Positions 41,701 to 54,436 of a DNA stretch of 64,000 nt are shown in pieces. Each line of letters starts with the position of its first letter. Position 1 is the first letter of the stretch. Source of the DNA: the human T2T-CHM13v2.0 reference genome, Homo sapiens; NCBI GenBank assembly GCA_009914755.4, contig CP068257.2, forward strand, positions 8,224,001 through 8,288,000. Reading direction: 5' to 3'. Below the pieces are notes generated by a model that was not told the origin of the DNA, did no database searches, and saw only the letters and a program-made list of their open reading frames with translations. Made by a program: the position numbers and the translations under genes.

Positions 41701-42639
41701 TGCTGAATCATAAGATAGGTTCAATTCTGTGAGATGAATACACACATCACAAAGATGTTTCTCTGAATGCTTCTGTGTAGTTTTTATGTGAAGATATTTC
41801 CTTTTCCACAATAGTCCTGAAAGCGCTCCAATTATCTACCTGTAGATTCTACAAAAAGAGTGTTTCAAAACTGCTCAATTATAAGATAGGTTCAACTCTG
41901 TGAGATGAATGCACACATCACAAAGATGTTTCTCAGAATAATTCTGTGTCGTTCTTTTCTGAAGATATTTGCTTTTCCACAGAAGGCCTCAAAGCACTCC
42001 AAATATCTAATTTCAGATTCTACAAAAACAGTGTTTCAAAACTGCTGAATCATAAGATAGGATCAACTCTGTGAGATGAATGTACACATCACAAAGAAGT
42101 TTCTCAGAATGCTTCCTTGTAGTTTTTATTTGAAGATATTTCCTTTTTCTCCATGGGCTGCAGAGGGCTCCAAATATCCACTTGCAGCTTCTACAAAAAG
42201 AGATATTCAAATCTGCTCAATCAAAAGATAAGTTCACCTCTGTGAGTTTAATGCACACATCACAAAGTCGTTTCTCAGAATGCTTCTTTGTAGTGTTTAT
42301 GTGAAGATATTTCCTTTTCCACAATATACCTCAAAGTGCTCCAAATATCCACTTCTAAATTCTCCAAAAGAGTGTGGAAAAACTGCTCATACGAAGGAAA
42401 GTTTCAACTCTGTGAGATGAATGCACACACCACAAAGAAATTTGTCATTTTTCTGTGTGGTTTTTATGTGAAAATATTTCCTTTTCCACATTAGGCCTCA
42501 AAGCGCTCCAAATATCCACTTGCAGCATCTACAAAGCCAGTGTTTCAAATTTGCTCAATCATAAGATAGGTTCAACTCTGTGAGATGAATGCACACATCA
42601 TGAAGAAGTTTCTCAGAATACTTCTGTGTAGTTTTTATG

Positions 42640-45030
42640 TGAAGATGTTTCCTTTTCCAAAATAGGCCTCAAAGCCCACCAAATATCCACTTGCAGATTC
42701 TACAAAAAGAGAGATTCAAAACTGCTCAATCAAAAGATAGGTTAAACTCTGTGACTTGAATTCACACATCACAAACAAGTTTCTCAGAATGCTTATTTGT
42801 AGTTTTTATGTGAAGATATTACCTTTTCCACAATAGGCCTCAAAGCACTCCAAATATCCACTTGCAGATTCTACAAACAGAGTGTTTCAAAACTTCTCAA
42901 TCAAAAGATAGGTTCAACTCTCTGAGTTGAATGCATACATCATAAAGAAGTATCTCAGAATGCTTTTGTGAAGTTTTTACGTGAAGATATTTCCTTTTCC
43001 ACAACAGTCCTGAAAGCCCTCCAAGTATCCACTTGCAGATTCTACAAAGAGAGTGTTTCAAATGTACTCAATCATAAGATATGTTCAAATCTATGAGATG
43101 AATGCACACATCACAAAGAAGTTTCTCAGAATGCTTCTGTGTAGTATTTATTTGAAGATATTTCCTTATCCTCCATTGGCTGCAAAGGGTTTCAAATATC
43201 CACTTGCAGATTCTGCAAACAGAGAAATTCAAAACTGCTCAATCAAAAGATAGGTTCAACTCTATGAGTTGAATGCACACATTGCAAAGAAGTTTCTCAG
43301 AATGCTTCTGTGTAGTTTTTATGGGAAGATATTTCCTTCTCCACAATAGGTCTAAAAGCACTCCAAATATCCACTTGCAGATTCTACAAAAAGAGTGTTT
43401 CAAAAGTTCTCAATCAAAAGAAACTTTCAACTCTGTGGGATGAATGCACACATCACAGAGTTGTTTCTCAGAATGCTTCTGTGTGGTTTTTACGTGAAGA
43501 TATTTGCTTTTCCACAGTAGGCCCCAAAGCGCTCCAAATATCCACTTGCACATTCTGTAAAAACTGTGTTTCAAAACTGCTCAATCAAAAGAAACGTACA
43601 ACTCTGTTAGATGAATACACACAACAAAAAGTAGTTTCTCAGAATAAATCTGTGTAGGTTTATGTGAAGATATTTCCTTTTACACAATAGGCCAAAAAGC
43701 ACTCCAAATATACACCTGAAGATTTTGCAAAGAGACTGTTTCAAAGCTGCTCAGTCATAAGATAGGTTCATCTCTGTGAGATGAATGCACACATCACAAA
43801 GAAGTTTCTCAGAATGCTTCTGTGTAGTTTTTATTTGAAGATATTTCCTTTGCCTCCATGGACTGCAAAGGGCTCCAAATATCCACTTGCAAATCCGAGA
43901 AAAAGAGAGATCCAAAAATGCTCAATTGAAAGATAGGTTCAAGACTGTGAGTTGAATGCACACATCACAAAGAAGTTTCTCAGAATGCTTCTGTGTAGTT
44001 TTTATGTGAAGATGTTTCCTTTTCCAAAATAGGCCTCAAAGCCCACCAAATATCCACTTGCAGATTCTACAAAAAGAGAGATTCAAAACTGCTCAATCAA
44101 AAGATAGGTTAAACTCTGTGACTTGAATTCACACATCACAAAGAAGTTTCTCAGAATGCTTATTTGTAGTTTTTATGTGAAGATATTACCTTTTCCACAA
44201 TAGGCCTCAAAGCACTCCAAATATCCACTTGCAGATTCTACAAACAGAGTGTTTCAAAACTTCTCAATCAAAAGATAGGTTCAACTCTCTGAGTTGAGTG
44301 CATACATCATAAAGAAGTATCTCAGAATGCTTTTGTGAAGTTTTTACGTGAAGATATTCCCTTTTCCACAACAGTCCTGAAAGCCCTCCAAGTATCCACT
44401 TGCAGATTCTACAAAGAGAGTGTTTCAAATGTACTCAATCATAAGATATGTTCAAATCTATGAGATGAATGCACACATCACAAAGAAGTTTCTCAGAATG
44501 CTTCTGTGTAGTATTTATTTGAAGATATTTCCTTATCCTCCATTGGCCGCAAAGGGCTTCAAATATCCACTTGCAGATTCTACAAAGAGAGAAATTCAAA
44601 ACTGCTCAATCAAAAGATAGGTTCAACTCTATGAGTTGAATGCACACATCACAAATAAGTTTCTTTGAATGCTTCTGTGTAGTTTTTATGGGAAGATATT
44701 TCCTTTTCCACAGTAGGTCTAAAAGCGCTCCAAATATCCACTTGCAGATTCTACAAAAAGAGTGTTTCAAAAGTTCTCAATCAAAAGAAACTTTCATCTC
44801 TGTGGGATGAATGCACACATCACAAAGAAGTTTCTTAGAATGCTTCTGTGTAGTTTTTATTTGAAGATATTTCCTTTGCCTCCATGGACCGCAAAGGGCT
44901 CCAAACATCCACTTGCAGGTTCCTGAAAAAGAGAGATCCGAAACTGCTCAATCAAAAGATAGGTTCAAGGCTGTGAGTTGAATGGACACATCACAAAGAA
45001 GTTTCTCAGAAGGCTTCAGTGCAGTTTTTA
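42640..45030. repeat. Recent local tandem duplication in the monomeric layer. An 8-monomer block of about 1,367 bp is repeated, and the second copy lacks 2 monomers.
   Basis: 42640-43460 is near-identical to 44007-44830 (ORFs 43053 and 44420 differ by 1 aa). 43810-43990 matches 44830-45010, so about 342 bp (43470-43810) is absent from copy 2. Confidence 0.7.
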
Positions 45031-48000
45031 TGTGAAGGTATTTCCCTTTCCACCATAAGCCACAAAGGTCTCCAAATATCCACTTGCAGATTCTACAAAA
45101 AGAGTGCTTCAAAACTGCTCAATCAAAAGAAAGTTTTATCTCTGGGAGATGAATGCATACATCATAGGGAAATTTCTCAGAATGCTTCTGTGTAGTTTTT
45201 ATGTGAAGATATTTCCTTTTCCAAAAAGCCTCAAAGCCCACCAAATATCTACTTGCTGATTCTACAAAAAGAGTGTTTGAAGTATGCTGAATTAAAAGAC
45301 AGGTTCAACTCTGTGAGATGAATGCACAAATCACGTAGAAGTTTGTGAGAATGCTTCTGTGTAGTTTCTATTTGAAGATATTTCCTTTTCCTCCATAGAC
45401 CACAAATTGCTCCAAATATCCACTTCCAGATTCTAGAAAAAGAGAGATCCAAAATTGCTCAATCAAAAGAAAGGTTCAAGACTGTGAGTTGAAGACACAA
45501 ACCACAAAGAAGTTTCTCAGAATGCTTCTGTGTAGTTTTTATGTGAAGATATTTCATTTTCCCAATAGGCCTCCAAGCCCACCAAATATCCACCTGCTGA
45601 TTCTACAAAAAGAGTGTGTCAAATCTGCTCAATCAAAAGACAGGTTCAACTCTGGGAGATGAATGCACACATCACAGGGAAGTTTCCCAGAATGCTTCTG
45701 TGTAGTTTATATGTGAAGATATTTCCTTTCCCAAACTAGACCTCAAAGCGCTCCAAATATCCACTTGCAGATTCTACCAAAAGAGTGTTTCAAAACTGCT
45801 CAAAGAAAAGAATGGTTCAACTCTGTGAGATGAATGCACACATCACAAAGAAGTTTCTCAGAATGCTTCTGTGTAGTTTTTATGTGAAGATACTTCCTTT
45901 TCCAAAATAAGCCTAAAAATCCCTCCAAATATCCACTTGCAGATTCTACAAAAAGAGTGTTTCAAAACTGCTCAATCAAAAGAAAAGTTCAAATCTATGT
46001 GATGAATGCACTCATCACAAATTAGTTTCTCAGAATGATTAGTTTCTCAGAATGTTTCACAGTAGTTTTTATGTGAAATTATTTCGTTTTCCACAATAGG
46101 CCTCAAAGCGCTCCAAACATCCTCTTGCAGATTCTACAAAACAGTGTTTCAAAACTCCTCAATCAAAAGAAAGTTTCAACACTGTGAGATGAATGCACAC
46201 ATCACAAAGTAGTTTCTCAGAATGCCTCTGTGTGGTTTTTATGTGAAGATATTTGTTTTTCCACAGTAGGCCTCAAAGGGCTCCAAATATCCACTTGCAG
46301 ATTCTACAAAAACTGTGTTTCAAAACTGCTCAATCAAAAGAAACTGTCAACTCTGTCAAATGAATGCACACATCACAAAGAAGTTTCTCAGAATCCTTCT
46401 GTGTAGTTTTTATGTGAAGATATTTCATTTTCCACAATAGGACACAGAGTGCCCCAGGTATCCACTTTCAGATTCTACAAAGAGAGTGTTTCAAAACTGC
46501 TCAATCATAAGATAGTTTCAACTCTGTGGGATGAATGCACACATCACAAAGAAGTTTCTCAGAATGCTTCTGTGTAGTATTTATTTGAAGATATTTCCTC
46601 TTTCTCCATAGACTACAAAGGTATCCAAATATCCTCTTGCAGATTCTACAAAAAGAGAGATTCAAAACTGATCTATCAAAAGATAGGTTCAACTCTGTGT
46701 GTTGAATGCTCACATGGCAAAGAAGTTTCTCAGAATACTTCTGTGTAGTTTTTATGTGAAGATATTTCCTTTTCCACTATAGTCCTCAAAGTGCTCAAAG
46801 TATCCACTTGCAGATTCTACAGAAAGAGTGTTTCAAAATTGCTCAATCAAAAGAAATGTACAACTCTGTGAGATGAATGCACACATCACAAAGTACTTAC
46901 TCAGAATGCCTCTGCATAGTTTTTATGTGAAAATATTTACTTTTCCACAGTAGGCATCAAGGCGCTCAAAATATCCTCCTGCAGATTTTACAAAAACCGT
47001 GTTTCAAAACTGCTCTACCAAAAGAAAGGTTCACATCTGTGAGATGAATGCACACATCACAAAGAAGATTCTCATAATGCTTCTGTGCAATTTTTATGTG
47101 AAGATGTTACTTTTCCACAGTAGGCCTCAAAGTGCTTCAAATTTCAACTTGAAGATTATACAAAGAGAGTGTTTCAAAACTGCTCAATCATAAGATAGCT
47201 TCAACTCTGTGTGGTGAATGCACACATCAAATGAAGTTACTCAGAATGCTTCTTTATAGTTTTTATGTTATCATATTTACTTGTCCACAATAGGCCTCAA
47301 AGTGCTCCAAATATCCTCTTCCAGATTTTTCAAAAACAGTGTTACAAAAATGCTCTACCAAAAGAAAGGTTCAACACTGTGAGATGAATGCACACAACCA
47401 AAAGAAGATTCTCAGAATGCTTCCGTGTAGTTTTTATTTCATGATACTTCCTTTTCCTCCATAGGCTGAAAAGGGCTTCAAATATCTACTTGCAGATTCG
47501 ACATAAAGAGAGATTCAAAACTACTGAATCAAAAGATAGATTCAACTCTGTGTTATGAATGCACTCATCACAAAGATGTTTCTCAGAATGCTTCTGCATA
47601 GTTTTTATGTGAAGATATTTACTTTTACACCATAAGCTTCAAAACTCTCTAAATATCCACTGCAGATTCTACAGAAAGAATGATCCCAAACAGCTCAAAC
47701 AAAAGAAATGTTCAACTCTGTCAAATGAATGCACACATCACAAAGAACTTCCTCAGAATGCTTCTGTGTAATTTCTACGTGAAGATATTTCATTTTCCAC
47801 AATAGGCCTCAAAGAGCTCCAAATATCCACTTGCAGATTCTAGAAAAAGAATGTGAAAACTGCTCAATCAACAGAAAGGTTCAACTCTGTGAGATGAATG
47901 CATACGTCACAAAGAAGTTTCTCAGAATGTTTCCATGTGTTTTTTTTTTTTGAAGATATTTCCTTTTCCACAATAGGCACCAAAGCGCTCCAGATACCCA

Positions 48001-50306
48001 CTTTCAGATTCTTCCAACAGAGGGTTTCAAAATTGCTCAAAAGATAGGTTCAAGTGTATGAGTTGAATGCACACAACAGCAAAAATTTTCTCAGAATGCT
48101 TCTGTGTAGTTTTTATGTGAAGATACTTCCTTTTCCACCATAGGCCGCAAAGGGCTCCAAATATCCACTTGCAGATTCTACAGAAGGAGAGATTCAAAAC
48201 TACTCATTCAAAGGTAGCTTCAACTCTGTGAGTTGAGTGCACACATCACAAAGAAGTTTCTCAGAATGCTTCTGTGTAGTTTTTATGTGAAGATATTTCC
48301 TTTTGCAATATATGCCGCAAAGGCCTCCAAATACCCATTCCAGACTCTTCAAAAAGAGAGTTTCAAAACTGCTCCATCAAAAGATAGGTTCAACTCCATG
48401 AGATGAATGCACACATCACAAAAAGTTTCTCAGAATGCTTCTGTGTAGTTTTTATGTAATGATATTTTTTTTTCCACCATGGGCCGCAAAGGGCTGCAAA
48501 TATCCACTTCCAGATTCCACAGAAAGAGAGACTCAATACTGCTCAATCAAAAGATAGATTCAACCCTGTGAGTTGAATGACCAGATCACAGAGAAATTTC
48601 TCAGAATGCTTCTGTGTAGTTTTTATGTGAAGATGATATTTCCTTTTCCACTAGAGGCCTCTAAGTGCTACAAATATCAACTTGCACATTCTGCAAAACG
48701 AGTGTTTCCTAACTGTTCAACCAAAAGAAACGTTCAACACTCTGAGGTGAATGCACACATCACAAAGAAGTTTCTCAAAATTCTTCTGTGTAGTTTTTAT
48801 GTGAAGATATTTCCTTTTCCATATTAGGCTGCATAGGGCTCCCAATATCCACTTGCAGATTATTGAAAAAGAGAGTTTCAAAACCGCTTAATCAAAAAAT
48901 ACGTTCAACTCTGTGAATAGAATGAATACATCACAAAGAAGTTTCTCAGAATGCTTGTGTGTACTTTTTATGAGAAGATACTTCCTTTTCCACCATAGGC
49001 CACAAGGGTTTCCTAATATCCACTTGCAGATTCTACAAAAAGAGAGTTTCAAAACTGGTCAACCAAAAGATAGGTTCAACCCTGTGAGTTGAATGCATGC
49101 ACAACAAAGAAGTTTCTCACAATAGTTTTTTGTAGTTTTTATGTGAAGATATTTCCTTTTCCACTGTAAGCCTCAAAGTGCTTCAAATATTAAATTGCAG
49201 ATTCTACAGAAAGAGTGTTTCCAAACTGCTAAAACTAAAGAAAAGTTCAACTCTGTCAGATGAATGCACACATCATGATGAAGTTTCTCAGAATGTTTCT
49301 GTGTAGTTTTTATGTGAAGATATTTCCTTTTCCACAATAGGCCTTAAAGCACTCCAAATATCCATTGAAGATTCTACAAAAAGTGTTTCCAAACTGCTCA
49401 ATCAAAACAAAGGTTCAACTCTGTGAGATGAATGTACACGTCACAAAGAAGTTTCTCAGAATGTTTCTGTGTAGTTTTAAAGTGAAGATATTTCCTTTTA
49501 CACCATAGGCCACAAATGGCTCCAATATCCACTTGCAGGCTCTAGAAAAAGAGAGTTTCAAAACTTCTTGATCAAACGATAGGTTCAACTCTGGAAGGTG
49601 AATGTACACGTCACAAAAAGTTTCCCAGAATGCCTCTGTATTTTTCATGTGACGACATTTCCTTTACCACCATAGGACTCAAAACCCTCCAAATATCCAC
49701 CTACAGATTCTACAAAAAGAGTGTTTCCAAACTGCACAATCAAAAGAAAAGTTCAACTCTGTGTGATGAATGCACACATCACAAAGCAGTTTCTCAGGAT
49801 GCTTCTGTATAGTTTTTATTTGAGGATATTTTCTTTTATACCATAGGCCACAAAGGGCTCCAAATATCCACTTGCAGATTCTACAAAAAGAGAGTTTCAA
49901 GACTGCTGTATCAAAATATAGGTTCAACTCTGTGTGTTGAATACACAAATAACAAAGAAGTTTCTCAGAATGCTTCTGTGAAGTTTTTATGTGAAGATAT
50001 TTCCTTTTCTACAATAGGTCACATAGCGCTCCAAATATCCACTTGCAGATTCTACAGAAACAGTGTTTCAACCTGCACAATCAAAAGAAATATTCAACTC
50101 TGTGAGATGAATGCACACATCACCAAGAAATTTCTCAGAACGCTTCTGTTTAGTTTTTATGTGAAGATGTTTCCTTTTGCACCATAAGCCACAAAGGGCT
50201 CCATATATCCACTTCCAGATTCTACAAAAAGATATTTTCAAAACTGTTCAACCAAAAGATATGTTCAACTCTGACAGTTGAATGCACACACTGCAAAGAA
50301 GTTTCT

Positions 50307-50323
50307 CAGAGTACTGCTGTGTA
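50307..50323. repeat. Putative left target-site duplication of the L1 (cagagtactgctgtgta)
   Basis: This 17-bp alpha-satellite segment sits immediately before the poly(A). It is re-encountered at 56495-56511 (cagtttgcttctgtgta, 13/17 identical) before the monomer continues (gtt.ttatgtgag). Confidence 0.5.
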
Positions 50324-50331
50324 TTTTTTTT
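50324..50331 (-). other. Short poly(A) tail of the L1, seen as a T run on the plus strand
   Basis: A T8 run lies between the alpha-satellite flank (ctgctgtgta) and the L1 3'UTR reverse complement. Confidence 0.7.
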
Positions 50332-50545
50332 AGAATTTATTTTATTTTATTATTATTACACTTTAAGTTTTAGGGTACATGTTCACATTGTGCAGCTTAG
50401 TTACATATGTGTACACGTGACATGTTGGTAGGCTGCACCCATTAACTTGTCATTTAGCATTAGGTATATCTCCGAATGCTATCTCTCCCCCCTCCCCCAC
50501 CCCACATCTCTCCCCAGAGTGTGATGTTCCCCTTCCTGTGTCCAT
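50332..50545 (-). other. L1 3'UTR
   Basis: Lies between the inferred ORF2 stop (extrapolated from the C-terminal fragment at 50772..50954) and the poly(A). The sequence is the reverse complement of the canonical L1 3' end. Confidence 0.6.
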
Positions 50546-53500
50546 GTGTTCTCATTGCTCAATTCCCACCTATGAGTGAGAACATGCAGTGTTGGGTTTT
50601 TTGTCCTTGCGATAGTTTACTGAGAATGGTGATTGCCAATTTCATCCATGTCCCTACAAAGGACACGAACTCATCATTTTATGGCTCCATAGTATTCCAT
50701 GGTGTATATGTGCCACATTTTCTTAATCCACTCTGTTATTGTTGGACATTTGGGTTGGTTCCAAGTCTTTCTTATTGTGAATAGTGCTGCAATAAACTTA
50801 TGTGTGCATGTGTCTTTATAGCAGCATGATTTATAGTCCTTGGGTATATACCCAGTAATGAGATGGCTGGGTCAAATTGTATTTCTAGTTCTACATCCCT
50901 GAGGAATGACCACACTGACTTCCACAATGGTTGAACTAGTTTACAGCCCCACAAAAAGTGTAAAAGTTTTCCTATTTCTCCACATCCTCTCCAACACCTG
51001 TTGTTTCCTGAATTTTAATGATTGCCATTCTAACTGGTGTGAGATGGTATCTCATTGTGGTTTTGATTTGCATTTCTCTGATGGCCAGTTAAGGATGAGC
51101 ATTTTTTCATGAGTTTTTTGGTTGCATAAATGTCTTCTTTTGAGAAGTGTCTGTTCATGTCCTTCGCTCACTTTTTGATGGGGTTGTTTGTTTTTTCTTG
51201 TAAATTTGTTTGAGTTCATTGCAAATTCTGGATATTAGCCCTTTGTCAGATAAGTAGGTTGTGAAAACTTTCTCCCATTTTGTACATTGCCTGTTCACTC
51301 TGATGGTAGTTTCTTTTGCTGTGCAGAAGCTCTTTAGTTTAATTAGATCCCATTTGTCAATTTTGGCTTTTGTTGCCATTGCTTTTGGTGTTTTAGACAT
51401 GAAGTCCTTGCCCATGCCTATGTCCTGAATGGTAATGCCTGTGTTTTCTTCTAGGATTTTTATGGTTTTAGGTCTAACGTTTAAGTTTTTAATCCATCTT
51501 GAATTAATTTTTGTATAAGGTGTAAGGAAGGGATCCAGTTTCAGCTTTCTACATATGGCTAGCCATTTTTCCCAGCTCCATTTATTAAACAGGGAATCCT
51601 TTTCCATTGCTGGTTTTGTTCAGGTTTATCAAACATCAGATAGTTTTAGATATGCAGCGTTATTTCTGAGGGCTCTGTTCTGTTCCATTGATCTATTTCT
51701 CTGTTTTGGTACCAGTACCATGCTGTCTTGGTTACTGTAGCCTTGTAGTATAGTTCGAAGTCAGGGAGCGTGATGCCTCCAGCTTTGTGCTTGTGGCTTA
51801 GGATTGACTTGGTGATGAGGGATCTTTTTTGATTCCATATGAACTTTAAAGTAGTTTTTTCCAATTCTGGGAAGAAAGTCATTGGTAACTTGATGGGGAT
51901 GACATTGAATCTATAAATTACTTTGGGCTGTATGGCCATTTTCACGATATTGATTCTTCCTACCAATGAGCATGGAATGTTCTTCCATTTCTTTGTATCC
52001 TCTTTTATTTCATTGAGGAGTGGTTTGTAGTTCTCCTTGAAGAGGTCATTCACGTCCCTTGTAAGTTGGATTCCTAGGTATTTTATTCTCTTTGAAGCAA
52101 TTGTGAATGGGAGTTCACTCATGGTTTGGCTCTCTGTTTGTCTGTTATTGGTGTATAAGAATGCTTGTGATTTTAGTACATTGATTTTGTATCCTGAGAC
52201 TTTGCTGAAGTTGCTTATCAGCTTAAGGAGATTTTGGGCTGAGACAATGGGGTTTTCTAGATATACAATCATGTCTTCTGCAAACAAGCACAATTTGACT
52301 TCCTCTTTTCCTAATTGAATACCCTTTATTTCCTTCTCGTGCCTAATGGCCCTGGCCAGAAATTCCAACATTATGTTGAATAGGAGTGGTGAGAGAGGGC
52401 ATCCCTGTCTTGTGCCAGTTTCCAAAGGGAATGCTTCCAGTTTTTGCCCATTCAGTATGATATTGGCTGTGGGTCTGTCATAGCTAGCTCTTATTATTTT
52501 GAGATACGTCCCATCAATACCTAATTTATTCAGAGTTTTAAGCATGAAGTGTTGTTGAATTTTGTCAAAGGCCTTTTTTGCATCTATTGAGATAATCAGG
52601 TGGTTTTTGTCTTCGGTTCTGTTTATATGCTGGATTACATTTATTGATTTGCATATATTGAACCAGCCTTGCATCCCAGGGATGAAGCCCACTTGATCAT
52701 GGTGGATAAGCTTTTTGGTATGCTGCTGGATTCTGTTTGCCAGTATTTTATTGAGGATTTTTGCATCAATATTCATCAAGGATATGGGTCTAAAGTTTTG
52801 TTTTTTGGTTGGGCCTCTACCCGGCTTTGGTATCTGGATGATGCTGGCCTCATAAAATGAGTTAGGAAGGATTCCCTCTTCTTCTGTTGATTGGAATAGT
52901 TTCAGAAGGAATGGTACCAGTTCCTCCTTGTGCCTCTGGTAGAATTTGACTGTGAATCCATCTGGTCCTGGACTGTTTTTCGTTGTTAAGCTATTGATTA
53001 TTGCCACAATTTCAGAGCCTCTCATTGGTCTATTCAGAGAGTCAACTTCTTCCTGGTTTAGTCTTGGGAGGGTGTATGTGTCAAGGAATTTATTCATTTC
53101 TTCTTGATTTTGTAGTTTATTTGTGTAGAGGTGTAAGTAGTAGTCTCTAATGGTAGTTCATATTTCTGTGGGATTGATGTTTATACCTGCTTTATGATTT
53201 TTTATTGCATCTATTTGATTGTTCTCTCTTTTCTTCTTTATTAGTCTTGGTAGCAGTCTATCACTTTTGTTGATCTTTTCAAAAAAACAGCTCCTGGATT
53301 CATTAATTTTTCAAGGGTTTTTTGTGTCTCTATTTCTTTCAGTTCTACTCTGATTTTACTTATTTCTTGCCTTCTGCTAGCTTTTGAATATGTTTGCTCT
53401 TGCTTTTCTAGTTCTTTTAATTGTGATGTTAGGGTGTCAATTTTCGATCTTTCCTGCTTTCTCTTGTGGGCATTTAGTGCTATAAATTTCCCTCTACACA

Positions 53501-54373
53501 CTGCTTTGAATGTGTCCCAGAGATTCTGGTATGTTGTGTCTTTGTTCTCGTTGGTTTCAAAGATCATCTTTATTTCTGCCTTCATTTCGTTATGTACCCA
53601 GTAGTCATTCAGGAGCAGGTTGTTCAGTTTCCATGTAGTTGAGTGGTTTTGAGTGAGTTTCTTAATCCTGAGTTCTAGTTTGATTGCACTGTGGTCTGAG
53701 AGACAGTTTGTTATAATTTCTGTTCTTTTACATTTGCTGAGGAGGGCTTTACTTCCAACTATGTGGTCAATTTTGGAATAGGTGCAGTGTGGTGCTGAAA
53801 AAAATGTATATTCTGTCAACTTGGGGTGGAGAGTTCTGTAGATGTCTATTAGATCCTCTGGTGCAGAGCTGAGTTCAATTCCTGGGTATACTTGTTAACT
53901 GTCGCTTTGGTCTGTCTAATATAGACAGTGGGATGTTAAAGTCTCCTATTATTAATGTGTGGGAGTCTAAGTCTCTTTGTAGGTCACTCAGGACTTGCTT
54001 TATGAATCTGGATGCTCCTGTATTGGGTGCCTATATATTTAGGATAGTTAGCTCTTCTTGTTGAATTGATCCCTTTACCATTATGTAATGGCCTTCTTTG
54101 TCTCTTTTGATCTTTGTTGGTTTAAAGTCTGTTTTATCAGAGACTAGGATTGCAACCCCTGCCTTTTTTTATTTTCCATTTACTTGGTAGATCTTACTCC
54201 ATCGTTTTATTTTGAGCCTATGTGTGTCTCTGCACGTGAGATAGGTTTCCTGAATACAGCACACTGATGGGTCTTGACTCTTTATCCAAATTGCCAGTCT
54301 ATGTCTTTAATTGGAGCATTTAGTCCATTTACATTTAGAGTTAATATTGTTATGTGTGATTTTGATCCGTCTT
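50546..54373 (-). pseudogene. L1 ORF2 (endonuclease, reverse transcriptase, Cys-rich domain), pseudogenised. It is split into fragments at 53241..53819, 51646..53097, 51155..51607 and 50772..50954, with no long ORF over the N-terminal endonuclease part.
   Basis: The fragments are collinear with ORF2p but in different frames or separated by stops. The RT active site reads LFAEDMIVY, where the consensus is FADD. Boundaries are extrapolated from fragment positions, to about +/-30 bp. Confidence 0.8.
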
Positions 54374-54436
54374 TATGATGTTAGCTGGTTATTTTGCTCT
54401 TTAGTTGATGTAGTTTCTTACTAGCCACAATGGTCT

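Larger units (their letters stand above)
29501..50323. repeat. Divergent monomeric alpha satellite. Neighbouring 171-bp monomers are only about 70-90% identical, and there is no 3.9-kb HOR.
   Basis: The 171-bp alphoid periodicity continues, but six-frame ORFs no longer recur with identical translations. The monomer type shifts from a gtctag form to a gtgtag form. Confidence 0.85.

Noticed and set aside
46020-46052. Short 19-bp direct repeat ttagtttctcagaatga / ttagtttctcagaatgt
   Set aside because: It is a micro-duplication within one monomer, probably replication slippage. It is too small to count as a feature.
47935-47955. T12 run (and A11 at about 58487) that could be read as the poly(A) tail of another retroelement
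   Set aside because: It replaces the normal agtttttatg segment inside an intact monomer and has no adjacent retroelement sequence. It is a simple homopolymer expansion.
1-50323. Regularly spaced direct repeats that could superficially suggest a CRISPR-like array, or tandem genes given the repeated ORFs
   Set aside because: The period is 171 bp with no unique spacers. The sequence is canonical primate alpha satellite, and an L1 retrotransposon confirms a eukaryotic (primate) origin.
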